Shown: positions 27,991-38,597, numbered from the stretch's first letter. The stretch: 64,000 nt of DNA from Terriglobia bacterium (GCA_963695545.1 OY968796.1:1184001-1248000), one strand, 5' to 3'. Numbers and translations are program-made. The notes: a model not told the origin generated them from the sequence alone.

Positions 27991-29289
27991 CTAGACGTAA
28001 TCCCAGCGCTGCGCGATTTTGCGGGCGATCGCGAAGAGCACAACGCCAGTTGCGAGAAGCACGGAGACCTGCGGCCAAAGATGCGAGACCGGCTCGTCGC
28101 GCCAGAACACCTTGGTGAAACCGTCGATGGCCCAAGCGTTGATGGTAAGCAATCCGGCTTTCTGCACCGCCTCGGGCATAAGAAAGCGCGGAAACATGCT
28201 GCCGCCGACCGAAGACATAATCAAAATCACCAGCGTCGAGAGCGCGCCCAATTGGGCGCGCGTGCGGCAGATGCTGGCGAGCAACATTCCGAAAGCACCG
28301 ACCGCGAAAGCGGTGCAGACTCCCATCACGATGAAACCGGGGATGTGATGGAATAAATCAAGTTTGAAGACGGCCCAGGCCCAGAGAAACATAATCACCA
28401 GTTGTGAGAACGCCAGCATGGTGTTGAAGGCGAGTTTGCCCGCCAAGAGCGAAGTCATGGTCACACGCGAGCTGAGGACGCGATCCAGGGTGCCGCTTTC
28501 GGCTTCGTCAAGCAGCGAACCGGACGATCCACTCGCCGTGAACAGCAGGAACATCACGCCGATCGCGGCGGCGTAGAACGACACCATGGGATTGTTCTTA
28601 TTTTCTCCGACCACGGCGCGGGTCTTGACCGCGATGATGCCGCCGCTGCTGCTGGACGCATTTGCGGCGTTGTCTGCGGTGACGGTCGCGGCAGTCTCAT
28701 GCTGACGCAAGCGTTCGAGGCCGGCGTCCATCTGTTTCTGTTGCGCCGGCGTGAATCCGCCGACCCATTGACCCGCGTACTTTGAGCCCTGTTCGGCCAT
28801 GACATCGGGCATGGAAGTCATTGCGACTTTTTGCAAAAGGCCTGAGACCATCTGCGGTGCGACGGTGTCACTGGCGTCGTTTAACAGCTCGATCGCTGGA
28901 TGGCCTTGATCGCCGCGGAAAGAAAAGGAAATTGGATTTTCGCCGAAACCGGACGGAATGATAAGCGCGACGGAAACATCGCCGGCTCTCACCGCGGCTT
29001 CCGCAGTTGCCGCGGTGTAGTCGGGTTGCTGCACACCTTTCCTGGGCGCGGGGCTGGTTCTGACAACGAGAGAACCCTCGAGCTCCAGGCCCCTTACCAA
29101 TTGTTGCGATGCGTGACTCTGATCTTGGTCCACCACGATGACGTTGATTTTGGGCACAGTGTCTCGCCGACCGCCGAAGATCACGGCAAAAATGCTGAAG
29201 AAGGCGATCGGCAGAACGAAACTGAGCGCCAACGCGGCGCGATCGCGGCGCAGGGAAACAATGGCGGTGCGGATGATCGGGACGATCAA
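27991..29289 (-). CDS. ABC-2 type transporter permease
   Basis: N-terminal TM, large extracytoplasmic loop, C-terminal TMs, GGSMFP. Confidence 0.9.
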   Translation of the reverse strand: MIVPIIRTAIVSLRRDRAALALSFVLPIAFFSIFAVIFGGRRDTVPKINVIVVDQDQSHASQQLVRGLELEGSLVVRTSPAPRKGVQQPDYTAATAEAAVRAGDVSVALIIPSGFGENPISFSFRGDQGHPAIELLNDASDTVAPQMVSGLLQKVAMTSMPDVMAEQGSKYAGQWVGGFTPAQQKQMDAGLERLRQHETAATVTADNAANASSSSGGIIAVKTRAVVGENKNNPMVSFYAAAIGVMFLLFTASGSSGSLLDEAESGTLDRVLSSRVTMTSLLAGKLAFNTMLAFSQLVIMFLWAWAVFKLDLFHHIPGFIVMGVCTAFAVGAFGMLLASICRTRAQLGALSTLVILIMSSVGGSMFPRFLMPEAVQKAGLLTINAWAIDGFTKVFWRDEPVSHLWPQVSVLLATGVVLFAIARKIAQRWDYV

Positions 29290-30242
29290 TCGCGCAACTC
29301 CCTTCCCGTCAAGTGCAAGAACACGGACTCGAGATTCGGCCGGTGCAGCGAGACGTCAATCACATCCAGGCCGGCGGTGGCGGCATCGTCGAGCAGGCCG
29401 GCAATCTCCGTGGGACGCGCAACGGTGAACTGCGCGGTTGAATCGACCAAACGCCCGCCGCGCAGCTCGACCCAGGCAGCGACTCCATCGGAGGGGCCCG
29501 CAAAGCGCGCGAGCACCTGGCTGCGCGACGCGAAAGCATTCTCGACAAGTTCTTCGTTCGTGCCGAGGGCGATGATGCGACCGTGGTCGACTATGGCGAC
29601 GCGGTCGCAGAGGCGCTCGGCTTCTTCCATATAGTGCGTGGTGTAGATGATGGCGGTGCCTTCGCTGTGGAGCGTTTCGATCATTTCAAAGATGCGATTG
29701 CGGGATTGCGGGTCCACTCCGACGGTCGGCTCGTCCATCAGCACCAGCTTCGGGCGGTGGATAATTCCGGCGGCCATGTTCAGCCGGCGCCTCATGCCAC
29801 CGGAGAGATTCTTGGCAAGCTCCGCGGCGCGATCTTGGAGCGATGACCAATCGAGACACCATGCGACGGCTTCGCGCAGGCCGGCACCGGCCAGCCCGTG
29901 GTATCGGCCGAAAGATTCCAGATTTTCCTTACACGTGAGCCGCGGATAGAGGGCCAACTCTTGCGGCACCCATCCGAGGGCCGCGCGGGCCGCGGCTGAA
30001 TTCGCCGGAAAACCAAAGACCGCGACCCGGCCCGCGTCCGGAATCACGCGGCCAACAATGCTGCGGATCAGCGTGGTTTTGCCGGCGCCGTTGGGCCCAA
30101 GCAGGCCCAGGCATTCGCCAGCACGGAGTTCGAGCGTGATGCCATCGACGGCGGTCACTTGGCCGAAGCGCTTGACCAACGCCTCAACCTGTAGAGGCAG
30201 CGGCGACGAGGATGAAACCGGACTAGCGGGCGCGGATACCAC
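29286..30242 (-). CDS. ABC transporter ATP-binding protein
   Basis: GPNGAGKTT, LSGGM, DEPTVGVD, TTHYMEEA. Confidence 0.95.
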   Translation of the reverse strand: MVSAPASPVSSSSPLPLQVEALVKRFGQVTAVDGITLELRAGECLGLLGPNGAGKTTLIRSIVGRVIPDAGRVAVFGFPANSAAARAALGWVPQELALYPRLTCKENLESFGRYHGLAGAGLREAVAWCLDWSSLQDRAAELAKNLSGGMRRRLNMAAGIIHRPKLVLMDEPTVGVDPQSRNRIFEMIETLHSEGTAIIYTTHYMEEAERLCDRVAIVDHGRIIALGTNEELVENAFASRSQVLARFAGPSDGVAAWVELRGGRLVDSTAQFTVARPTEIAGLLDDAATAGLDVIDVSLHRPNLESVFLHLTGRELRD

Positions 30243-30469
30243 ACGACCTCCTGAGCTTCGCGACCGGCACCATATTACCCGGACGGCGGCCGCCCGCAGA
30301 GTTTGAATCTACATTTCTTCGTCTCGATTTCTCCGCGAATCAGTGTATTTCCCAGGCCGGCGAATGGGTGTCAGATGGAAGCCGAAGTAGCGGCAACATG
30401 AATCCTTGCGGCGAGGCGCCGTCCGGCTGGGGCGGGCCGCGGCCAGAGGCCATCATTCAGGAGGGTTCC

Positions 30470-30739
30470 ATGAACTGGGATCAATTGGAAGGCAAGTGGA
30501 AGCAGCACAAAGGAAAAGTGCGCGAGAAATGGGGCCAACTCACGGATCGCGACCTCGACGTGATTCGGGGGCAACGGGACCAATTGGTGGGAACAATTCA
30601 AGAGCGATACGGGATTGCCAAAGAGGCGGCCCAAGAGCAAGTGGATGAGTTTGTGAACGCCCTTCAGGAGGACAACGCTGCGGAGAAGCCGGCGTCGCGC
30701 AAGGAGCGCAGCAAGGCACACAGCGCCGGAAGAACGTGA
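30470..30739 (+). CDS. CsbD/YjbJ family stress protein
   Basis: MNWDQLEGKWKQ.KGK..EKWG.LTD.DL..I.G.RDQLVG.IQERYG. Confidence 0.92.
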   Translation: MNWDQLEGKWKQHKGKVREKWGQLTDRDLDVIRGQRDQLVGTIQERYGIAKEAAQEQVDEFVNALQEDNAAEKPASRKERSKAHSAGRT

Positions 30740-30828
30740 TGGTGTTTGGTTGTGGCTGAGCAGGACTGATCGTGAGGGGAAGCGAGAGCCGGATCGCGGC
30801 GTCAACGCTGCGGTCCAAAGGAGGAAAC

Positions 30829-31005
30829 ATGCTGTACTACGCGCTGCTGTTTCTGGTCGTTGCGATCGTGGCGGGGATCTTGGGATTTGGCGGGATCGCG
30901 TTCGCGGCGGCGGGAATCGCGAAGATCTTGTTCTTCGTGTTCATCGTGATGTTCCTCGTGTCGCTGGTGGCGCACCTGTTTCGGGGACGGCCTTCGGGAA
31001 CCTGA
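30829..31005 (+). CDS. DUF1328 family small membrane protein
   Basis: [35 protein letters not shown]. Confidence 0.9.
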   Translation: MLYYALLFLVVAIVAGILGFGGIAFAAAGIAKILFFVFIVMFLVSLVAHLFRGRPSGT

Positions 31006-31068
31006 AACGAATTGGCGTTTTGATGCGTGTGCGACGGGGCGCCAGGGGGCGCCCCGCGGGGGAATCGA

Positions 31069-31230
31069 ATGCTCATCGCCGCTCTGCTCATCGCTCTGGT
31101 GGTTCTGCTCGCGGGATACTTGCCTGTGCCGGCGCACAGCGAGTTTTGGAGGTACTATCCGAGCGGCGGCGCGGGCGCGAGCGCGGTCCTATTGATTTTG
31201 CTGATTTTGCTGGTGCTGGGGCGTCCATGA
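31069..31230 (+). CDS. DUF3309-like small membrane protein
   Basis: LP...HS..W.YYPSGG.G..LLIL pattern. Confidence 0.7.
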   Translation: MLIAALLIALVVLLAGYLPVPAHSEFWRYYPSGGAGASAVLLILLILLVLGRP

Positions 31231-31330
31231 GCGAAGATGTAGCGACGGCGTTCAGTTGCGAAGAGAACAGAACCGTAGAAACGCTTCAAGAAGACAAATC
31301 CGGACGACGGCGTCCTACTGAGGTGACGAG

Positions 31331-31579
31331 ATGTCCACGCGAGAGGATCGGGTGTTGACCGACGTTGCGACTGCTGTTGGCACGACGCTGGGCGCAGCCG
31401 CAGCTGAAACGGAGAAGGTCAAGCGCTTCGTGAAGGAGAAAAAGCGAGTCGTGGCGAAGAAGGCGCGCAGCGCGCGGATCCGGATTGCCGAAGGGCGGAA
31501 GGCAGCCAGGGCAGCGGGCAAAAAGATTCGCGCGAAAGTCCGGAGCATGCGCAAGGTTGCCAAGCGCCGCTTGCGATAG
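31331..31579 (+). CDS. Small highly basic (Lys/Arg/Ala-rich) protein
   Basis: GAGG RBS; C-terminal half dominated by K/R/A. Confidence 0.6.
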   Translation: MSTREDRVLTDVATAVGTTLGAAAAETEKVKRFVKEKKRVVAKKARSARIRIAEGRKAARAAGKKIRAKVRSMRKVAKRRLR

Positions 31580-31719
31580 GGCGCGCGGAGCGATACGCGC
31601 TGACGCGGAGCGCCTTGGCGGCGCCGGCGGGTTTGGCGCCGCGGCGGGCGGCGCCGATTCACTTTGCTTTTTAGTGACGCGGACTTGGGATTACGGAATT
31701 GCCCGGCGCTTCCAGCGGC

Positions 31720-32382
31720 TTAGGCTTGGGTGATTCCGTTGCGGATCGCGTAGTGAACCAGATCCGTGACGGAATGGCAATCCAGGCGGCGCATGATGTT
31801 GGCGCGGTGAGTTTCGGCCGTCTTGACACTGATATCGAGCACCACAGCCACTTCTTTGCTGCTTTTTCCTTCGGCCAAAAGTTGCACGATTTGCCTTTGG
31901 CGAGCGGTGAGACGCAAAGCGCCATTTGCGGCGTCTTCACCGGCGCCCTTGGGACTCTTGTTGAGGTAGCCTTCAAGAACAATCTGGCCGACCTTGGGAG
32001 TGAAGAAGGTTTTGTTGCGGAGCAAGGCTTCGACCGCGGAGACCAAATCGAGACTCGCGTCGGATTTCAATAGATAGCCTCGCGCACCGGCCTCCAGGAT
32101 TTGCTGAATCATGGGATCGGCCTCATGCATGGTGAGGATCAGCACCTTGGTCTGCGGCGCGCTTTTGGCAATCTGCCGTGTGGCCTCGAGACCATTCAGA
32201 AGAGGCATGCTGATGTCGAGGATGGCGACATCGGGTTTCAGCTGTTGCGCCTTCTTCACGGCATCCCTGCCGTCGCTGGCCTCGGCCACGACTTCCCAGC
32301 CGGAGCGCGCCGTGAGTACCATCCGAATGCCTTTGCGCACAAGTTCATGGTCGTCAGCGATCAAAATGGATACGGGAGGCAT
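31720..32382 (-). CDS. NarL/LuxR family response regulator
   Basis: ADDH, LDISMP receiver; LTARQRQIVQLLAEG..KTAETHR HTH. Confidence 0.95.
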   Translation of the reverse strand: MPPVSILIADDHELVRKGIRMVLTARSGWEVVAEASDGRDAVKKAQQLKPDVAILDISMPLLNGLEATRQIAKSAPQTKVLILTMHEADPMIQQILEAGARGYLLKSDASLDLVSAVEALLRNKTFFTPKVGQIVLEGYLNKSPKGAGEDAANGALRLTARQRQIVQLLAEGKSSKEVAVVLDISVKTAETHRANIMRRLDCHSVTDLVHYAIRNGITQA

Positions 32383-32400
32383 GTGTGTTCGCTCCTGGCC

Positions 32401-32943
32401 TTAGGCCGAGATGCAAGATTTGTGAGGCAGCGCTGCGATTCGCACGTCCCATATTTTTGTCGCACCGAACTTCGGGAAACGCAATCTGCTGCGCGATGAA
32501 ACGGCGGGATTTGGTTTGTCGCTCTTTTCACGCGCTTCGCGCTTCTCGTCGGCCTCGGAGCCGAAGAAGGTCCCGCCGGCCAGGAGCCGATCGATGGCGC
32601 GAACCAGATCGCGGCCGGCCTGCGATTTCTGGACATAGCCACGGGCGCCCACGATTTGGACGTCGGCGCAGAGCCTTTCCGACTCGTGCATCGTAAGGAT
32701 GAGCACTCGGCAAGTGCCAACCGACTTGACGATGCGGGAGGCAGCTTCAAGGCCGTTCATGACGGGCATGGTGACATCGAGGACCACGACGTCGGGCTTG
32801 AGATTCACGGCGGCCTTGACGGCTTGCTCTCCGTCAGAAGCTTCACCGCAGATGACCCATTCCGGCCGCGCTTTCGAGATGATCGAACGAACGCCCTGCC
32901 GGACGACGTCGTGGTCGTCAACAATCAGAATCTTTGCGGCCAT
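32401..32943 (-). CDS. Response regulator, receiver domain without a clear HTH
   Basis: VDDH, LDVTMP, LTMH, GYVQK. Confidence 0.85.
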   Translation of the reverse strand: MAAKILIVDDHDVVRQGVRSIISKARPEWVICGEASDGEQAVKAAVNLKPDVVVLDVTMPVMNGLEAASRIVKSVGTCRVLILTMHESERLCADVQIVGARGYVQKSQAGRDLVRAIDRLLAGGTFFGSEADEKREAREKSDKPNPAVSSRSRLRFPKFGATKIWDVRIAALPHKSCISA

Positions 32944-33031
32944 AAGAGCCTCCATCGAGGACCGCGCCCAAGGTGCCAGTTAGCCGCCGGGGGGGCGGAA
33001 CTCTGAATCGTGTGCGCATGGCTGGGCCAGG

Positions 33032-34900
33032 CTAGTCCGTAGCGCCCGCGGCGAACCGGGACGCGTTGTAGGGAAGCGTCGCGCGAACGGTCGTGCCGGA
33101 GTCGCTCGAGATCAACTCGAGGCTGCCGCCCAGTTGGCGCATGCGCTCATCCATGCCGCGAAGCCCCACTCCCATTTTTCCGAGCGCGTCGGGGCCCATC
33201 TCCAAAATGCTGGGCGGGATTCCCTTTCCGTCGTCATGAATCTCGAGGGTCACGATTCCGTCCTGAATCGACATCCGAGCGTGCGCCGTGGGACTTTCGG
33301 AGTGCCGGTGAACGTTCGTCAGACCCTCCTGAAGCACGCGGAAAATTGCCAGCTCGACATCGCGCGGCAAGCGTCCGAAATCGGGCGGTACGATCTCGAA
33401 TGCCGTCTGGATGCCGCTGCGCTTTGCAAAACCGTCCACGAACCACGGAATCGCGGTGGTCAAGCCCATTTCCTCGAGCATCGGAGGATGCAGCAGATAG
33501 GAAATGGTGCGGACATCCCGGATGGCTTGTTCGGCCAAGCCCACGCATTCGGCAAGTTGCTGCTCGGCGTCCTTCCTGTTCGGGTCCAGATCGGATTTCA
33601 AAGAGTCCAGGCCCATTTTCAAGACCGCGAGACACTGGCCGACGCTGTCGTGAAGCTCCCTACCGAAGCGCCGGCGTTCCTCGTCTTGGGTACGGAGAAG
33701 CTGGCCGGAGAGATTGCGCAAAGATCGCTCGGAATTGTGCAATTTACGTTCGGCTACGATCCTCTCAGCAATTTCAGCGCCCAAATGCTCATTCGATTCC
33801 CTGAGCGCTTCGTGCGCCCGCATTCTTTCCGTAACATCGCGGGTGATCTTACCGAAACCGCAGAGTCGCCCGGCTTCGTCGTGCATCGCGGTGATGATGA
33901 GACTGGCCCAGAATCGCGACCCGTCCTTACGGATGCGCCATCCTTCCTCCTCGAGCCGCCCGAGCGATGCCGCGATCTCGAGATCTCGCGCGGGCTTGCC
34001 GGAATCGATATCTTCCTGGGGATAAAAACAAGAGAAGTGCTTGCCGATAATTTCTGAAGCTGCGTAGCCTTTGATGCGCTCCGCTCCGATATTCCAGGTG
34101 CTGACGCGGCCCTCGGTGTCGAGCATGAAGATGGCGTAGTCCTGGACGCTTTCCACCAACAACTGGAATCGCTCCTCGATTTCGCGGAGCGCGGCTTCGG
34201 CCTCGAGCGCGTGCGTTTTTTGCTCCAAGCGAGCGATGGCGCGCAACCGATCATCGTCCGTCGCAAGGGCTGCCTCGCCGTGACCCGAAGCCACGTGGGA
34301 GTGTTCCGCGCAAATCTTCAGAAACGGCCCTGCGTGTTCGGTTCGAGCGAAGGATCCCATCGGATAGGCGCAGAAGAGAGAGAAGGAGTGGGCCTTGGCA
34401 AGTTCGTTCCAAAGCTCTTCGAGGGGTATGGTGGCTTCGATTTTCCCTTGCTCCCACAAGAGCGCAACCATCTCGCCGAACGCGTAAATGCGCGCTTGTT
34501 CGCTTCGGGCGGCGGCCCGGGCACGCTTCATGATCGCGCCCATGAGGTCCGCAAAGCGCGGGGCGCTGGGCCATTCACCGACCATGAATCCCGCCAGGGT
34601 CTCGGCGGCGTCCAGCGCGATGTACCGCCCGTGCTTGATGGCGTTGGTCAGATCAAATCCTCGCGAATGCAATCGCTGCGCGAGCGCGTCACGATGGGGC
34701 TTTGTGGCGATAATGACGAGTGGGTCGCCGGCTTCGAGGGGAATTGCCGCGTAGGAAGCCAGCGTGTCGATTAGGACTTCTTCCTCCGTATAGAACCGGA
34801 CGACGTGTTCGTGCTTTTCGCCCCGCAGCCAGGTTGTGAGGGGTACAGGGGGAGCGTCCTTGGATACATTCGACGCGTTCGATGCGAGTCTGGGGGCCAT
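33032..34900 (-). CDS. Sensor histidine kinase (MEDS-PAS-HisKA_3-HATPase)
   Basis: HVVRFY...FGEMVALL...FCAYP (MEDS), WNIGAERIKGY (PAS), ERRRFGRELHDSVGQ, DDGKG, GLRGM. Confidence 0.92.
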   Translation of the reverse strand: MAPRLASNASNVSKDAPPVPLTTWLRGEKHEHVVRFYTEEEVLIDTLASYAAIPLEAGDPLVIIATKPHRDALAQRLHSRGFDLTNAIKHGRYIALDAAETLAGFMVGEWPSAPRFADLMGAIMKRARAAARSEQARIYAFGEMVALLWEQGKIEATIPLEELWNELAKAHSFSLFCAYPMGSFARTEHAGPFLKICAEHSHVASGHGEAALATDDDRLRAIARLEQKTHALEAEAALREIEERFQLLVESVQDYAIFMLDTEGRVSTWNIGAERIKGYAASEIIGKHFSCFYPQEDIDSGKPARDLEIAASLGRLEEEGWRIRKDGSRFWASLIITAMHDEAGRLCGFGKITRDVTERMRAHEALRESNEHLGAEIAERIVAERKLHNSERSLRNLSGQLLRTQDEERRRFGRELHDSVGQCLAVLKMGLDSLKSDLDPNRKDAEQQLAECVGLAEQAIRDVRTISYLLHPPMLEEMGLTTAIPWFVDGFAKRSGIQTAFEIVPPDFGRLPRDVELAIFRVLQEGLTNVHRHSESPTAHARMSIQDGIVTLEIHDDGKGIPPSILEMGPDALGKMGVGLRGMDERMRQLGGSLELISSDSGTTVRATLPYNASRFAAGATD

Positions 34901-35176
34901 ACGAGCCTCACTCTGAAGTAGTTAGTATTGCAACGTTCGCCGACCGGTGGGTGGGCCACGGTGTCTGCCCACAGATACTAACGCCGGACGCCTGAGTTGC
35001 CTTCCTGAAAAGTTCGCAAGGCGCGGTGTCCAGACCGCCATTTTAGTCCCGCCCAAGCCTAGAATCGCAGCCCCATCTAACCGGATTCCGCATACTGGGC
35101 CAATACCGCAAAACATGTACGAGTCTGTCGAGGAGGGGCCCCCCGCCGCCGGAGTCGATGTAGGCCTGAAAGGCGG

Positions 35177-35214
35177 TGTGACTGGCGTCACGACGCGCCG
35201 TGATTCGGGTCACG
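35177..35214. promoter_or_regulatory. Tandem Crp/Fnr-type boxes upstream of the USP gene
   Basis: TGTGA-CTGGCG-TCACG (35177-35192) and CGTGA-TTCGGG-TCACG (35199-35214). Confidence 0.7.
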
Positions 35215-35261
35215 GCCGAGGACGGGGTCCCGGGCGCACAGTGTGAGCCAGGAGGTGGCAC

Positions 35262-36167
35262 ATGATAACCGTTGGAGTCGACACCCGAATCACTCTGAAG
35301 AACATTCTATTTCTCACGGACTTCTCGGAACCTTCGCAGGCGGCGCTGCCGTTCGCCGTGGCGATGGCGCGCGAATTTGGCGCGACGATTCATGCGCTGC
35401 ATGTCTTGGCTCCGGATGCCTACCTATATGGGTGCGCCACGCCCGAGACGGTTGCTCTTGCGCTCGAGGCGCAGGAAGAAGCCGGTGAAGCGGAAATACA
35501 GCTGGTGGCTGCGCAGATTGAAAATGTACCCCACGACGTAGCGGTGACGCGCGGAGTGGGCGTTTGGCCGGCTGTCGAGCAGGCCATCGCCGATTTCAAC
35601 ATCGACCTAATCGTGCTCGGCACACATGGGCGCACGGGAATACAGAAACTGCTGATGGGGTCAGTTGCGGAGGAAATCTTCCGGCGCTCGCCTGTTCCGG
35701 TTTTGACCATCGGGCCGTGGGCGCGCCAGGGCATTCACAACGCGGCCAAATTTCATCGCTTGCTCTTTGCGACAAACTTCAGCCCCGAGGCAATGGCTGC
35801 CGCACCGTACGCGATTTCTCTCGCGGAGGAACATGAGGCCCGGCTGATTCTTCTGAATGTGATTCATGAGCGCGTGGGAGATGCGGATCGGGGGCGAATT
35901 CAAACGTCGATCGCGCACCTGATGTATGAGCTCCATGAGATCGTGCCCCAAGATGCGGAGCTCTGGTGCCGCCCGGAGGCGGTGGTGGAGTACGGAGAGC
36001 CGGCCGCGCGCATTTTGGCGGCGGCGAAACAACGCGACGCCGATCTGATTGTGCTGGGAGTGCGCGACGCCGCAGGGCGCCTGGGCGCAGCAACACATCT
36101 GGAACGAGCGACGGCACACAAGGTGGTGGCTCACGCCACATGCCCGGTGCTCACGGTTCGTGGTTGA
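35262..36167 (+). CDS. Universal stress protein (two USP domains)
   Basis: ILFLTDFS, IVLGTHGRTG..LMGSVAE, CPVLTV. Confidence 0.95.
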   Translation: MITVGVDTRITLKNILFLTDFSEPSQAALPFAVAMAREFGATIHALHVLAPDAYLYGCATPETVALALEAQEEAGEAEIQLVAAQIENVPHDVAVTRGVGVWPAVEQAIADFNIDLIVLGTHGRTGIQKLLMGSVAEEIFRRSPVPVLTIGPWARQGIHNAAKFHRLLFATNFSPEAMAAAPYAISLAEEHEARLILLNVIHERVGDADRGRIQTSIAHLMYELHEIVPQDAELWCRPEAVVEYGEPAARILAAAKQRDADLIVLGVRDAAGRLGAATHLERATAHKVVAHATCPVLTVRG

Positions 36168-36213
36168 TGGAGCGGAAGGGCGAGGGAAATTTTCGTCTGT
36201 GTGGAGGTGCCAA

Positions 36214-36732
36214 ATGCTGGTCAGAGAAATGGGCCGACAGGAATGCCATGATTTGCTCGCCCGGCTTGGATATGGGCGGCTGGCGTGCGCGCGAGAGAAT
36301 AAGCCGTACATCGTACCGATCTATTTTGCATACGCATCGAATTCTCTGTACGGCTTCGCCACGATGGGCCAAAAGGTCGAATGGATGCGGGCCAACCCGC
36401 AGGTGTGTGTAGAGGCCGATGAAGTCAAAAGCCATAACGCGTGGAGCAGCGTCGTCGTCCAAGGGCGTTACCAGGAATTTCCCGATGCGCCGGAATTCTC
36501 GAAGCTGAGACAACAGGCACAAGCCGCGCTGGAAAAGAGGACCTTGTGGTGGCAAGCCGGATTCGCGGCAGCGCAGACTCGCGGGCAATTCGATCGCGAC
36601 ATTCCGGTGTTTTACTGCGTGCACATTGAAGAAATCAGCGGTCATTGCGCTTCGCCGGATCCGGTTGAGGCTAGCTTCGTGCGGCCGCAGGAGCAGTGCG
36701 GCTTGAGGGAAATGCGTCCGAGGCGCGCGTGA
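36214..36732 (+). CDS. Pyridoxamine 5'-phosphate oxidase family (flavin-binding) protein
   Basis: GRLAC...PYIVP, GQKVEWMRANPQVC, WSSVVVQGRY. Confidence 0.88.
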   Translation: MLVREMGRQECHDLLARLGYGRLACARENKPYIVPIYFAYASNSLYGFATMGQKVEWMRANPQVCVEADEVKSHNAWSSVVVQGRYQEFPDAPEFSKLRQQAQAALEKRTLWWQAGFAAAQTRGQFDRDIPVFYCVHIEEISGHCASPDPVEASFVRPQEQCGLREMRPRRA

Positions 36733-36938
36733 GCAGATGCCGTTGATCACACACCGCTTCAAACCCGATCGAATCACGGCGGCCTGCGAGCTCTTCGCGG
36801 GCCATCGCGATGGGGTGACGAAGGTCGCGATCGAGCGTTAGGTTTGTCGCGCGCTTCCTGCGAAGTCTGCGCTTCCGACACGCTGCGGCCCGGCCCACGA
36901 TGCCGGGCCGGACTAATTTTTTGAGCGAAGATTTTTGG

Positions 36939-37652
36939 TTACGCCGCTGTCAACTGCGTTGGCGATTTTTCACCGGGAAATTCCGGCCAGAGGAACTTCA
37001 CGACCACACCTTGGTTCTCGTCGTGCACGAGAGTCAAAACATGCGAACAGCGCTCACACAGCCAGTAGTGCGTCGCGGCGTGGTTTCCCGTGGGCGCGAA
37101 CGAACCTTGGACCATTGGATCTTGGGTAGCAGACGCGGGCTGAAAGCGGAAGAACCTGCCCCCGGCGAGCCAATGGAAGACGGTCGGGCAGGCTGGATTG
37201 GCGCACTTGGGATTGAGGTTGTGGAAAAGAGGCTCCCCCTTGCTCCCGGCGGAATCGGATACAGGTAGTTCGTTTCCTTTGTCGCGGTGGGCGCGTCGCT
37301 CCTCTTCGAGGGTCGCGATGGTCGCACGGAGCCATTTGCCGAAAATCTCTTCCGTTTCGTATTGGTCGGCGTAGCGATAAAGCGAATCAAGAGTCTCCCC
37401 CTCCGCGTTAAAGGGGATGTGACGGCACGGAATCTCAGCAGCGCGAAATTCCGCCGGCACGAGCTGCATCAAGACGCACTCACTGCAAGGAACTGGATGG
37501 TCCTTGGAATCGTAATTCATGCAGGTAGGGGAATCTTCAAACACGAATTGGGGTTTCCAGGGCGCGCGGGGCGAACGGCCGTAGCCGCCTTTTTCCAGGA
37601 AATCCAACTCCGACTTCAAAACATCTAGAAGGTCACGCTCATCGTCTCTCAT
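36939..37652 (-). CDS. Cys-rich hypothetical protein with two putative metal-binding modules
   Basis: C..CSEC..CRH module and CANPAC...WLCERC module; AAGGGG RBS. Confidence 0.7.
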   Translation of the reverse strand: MRDDERDLLDVLKSELDFLEKGGYGRSPRAPWKPQFVFEDSPTCMNYDSKDHPVPCSECVLMQLVPAEFRAAEIPCRHIPFNAEGETLDSLYRYADQYETEEIFGKWLRATIATLEEERRAHRDKGNELPVSDSAGSKGEPLFHNLNPKCANPACPTVFHWLAGGRFFRFQPASATQDPMVQGSFAPTGNHAATHYWLCERCSHVLTLVHDENQGVVVKFLWPEFPGEKSPTQLTAA

Positions 37653-37701
37653 TGTGTATCCCCCTTCCCTTTCAGTCTCCGCCTTCGTCCCGGTGGCACG
37701 C

Positions 37702-37739
37702 GGTGACGCAGGTCACCGTGCAATGTGAAAGGCGTCACA
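37702..37739. promoter_or_regulatory. Tandem Crp/Fnr-type boxes between the Cys-rich gene and crp/fnr
   Basis: GGTGA-CGCAGG-TCACC (37702-37717) and perfect TGTGA-AAGGCG-TCACA (37724-37739). Confidence 0.75.
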
Positions 37740-37880
37740 ACCAAATCGACGCATCGGGAGCAAGAGTGAAGGCAGCGAAAACGGAAACGAAGTGGCTTCC
37801 CGGGAGGTGACCCAATGGCATACCGGATTCGAGTTTTCCCCAAGAAGAAGCGGCGTATAATGCGTGCCAATGGCGCGAAG

Positions 37881-38597
37881 ATGAAGACCCCTTACGGCCT
37901 CGAGGTAATCGAAAACTGCCTGACTTGCCCGGTGATGAAAGACCGTCTCTTCTGCAACTTGTCACAGAAAACGCTGGCGGGGCTTGATGCGATTTCGACC
38001 TCGTCAACGTATCCGAAGGGCGCGGTGCTGTTCGTCGAGGGTCAGGCGGCGCGCGGCGCATTTATCATCTGCAATGGCAGAGTGAAGCTCTCGGCGAGCT
38101 CCTCGCAAGGCAAGTCCATAATTCTTCGGATCGCCGAAGCGGGTGAAATCGTGGGACTGCCCGGGTCCATTTCGGGAAAACCGTACGAGGTTACGGCGGA
38201 AGCGCTCGAGCCAATCCAGGCGAATTTCATGCGCCGCGACGATCTGTTGCGGTTTTTGCGCGAGCACGGCGAGGCCGCGTTGCGCGTGGCGGAAATGCTC
38301 TGCCACATCTATCACGCGACCTATCAAGAAGTTAAGTATCTCGGATTGTCCAGCTCCGCGGCGGAAAAGCTGGCGAGATTTATCCTGGACCTCGCGGACT
38401 CGAAGCCGCACGACGATGGACCGATTCGTGCCGCAGTCACGCTGACGCACGAGGAGATCGCCGAGATTATCGGAGCGTCACGTGAAACCGTGACTCGGCT
38501 GTTCGCCAGTTTCAAAAAGAAGAATCTGATTGAAGTGCATGGCTCGACGTTGCTCATCAAGAATAAAGCAGGGCTTGAAGCCCTCGTTGAAGCTTAA
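37881..38597 (+). CDS. Crp/Fnr family transcriptional regulator with N-terminal Cys cluster
   Basis: CLTC...LFC, cNMP-type beta-roll, LTHEEIAEIIGASRETVTR HTH. Confidence 0.93.
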   Translation: MKTPYGLEVIENCLTCPVMKDRLFCNLSQKTLAGLDAISTSSTYPKGAVLFVEGQAARGAFIICNGRVKLSASSSQGKSIILRIAEAGEIVGLPGSISGKPYEVTAEALEPIQANFMRRDDLLRFLREHGEAALRVAEMLCHIYHATYQEVKYLGLSSSAAEKLARFILDLADSKPHDDGPIRAAVTLTHEEIAEIIGASRETVTRLFASFKKKNLIEVHGSTLLIKNKAGLEALVEA

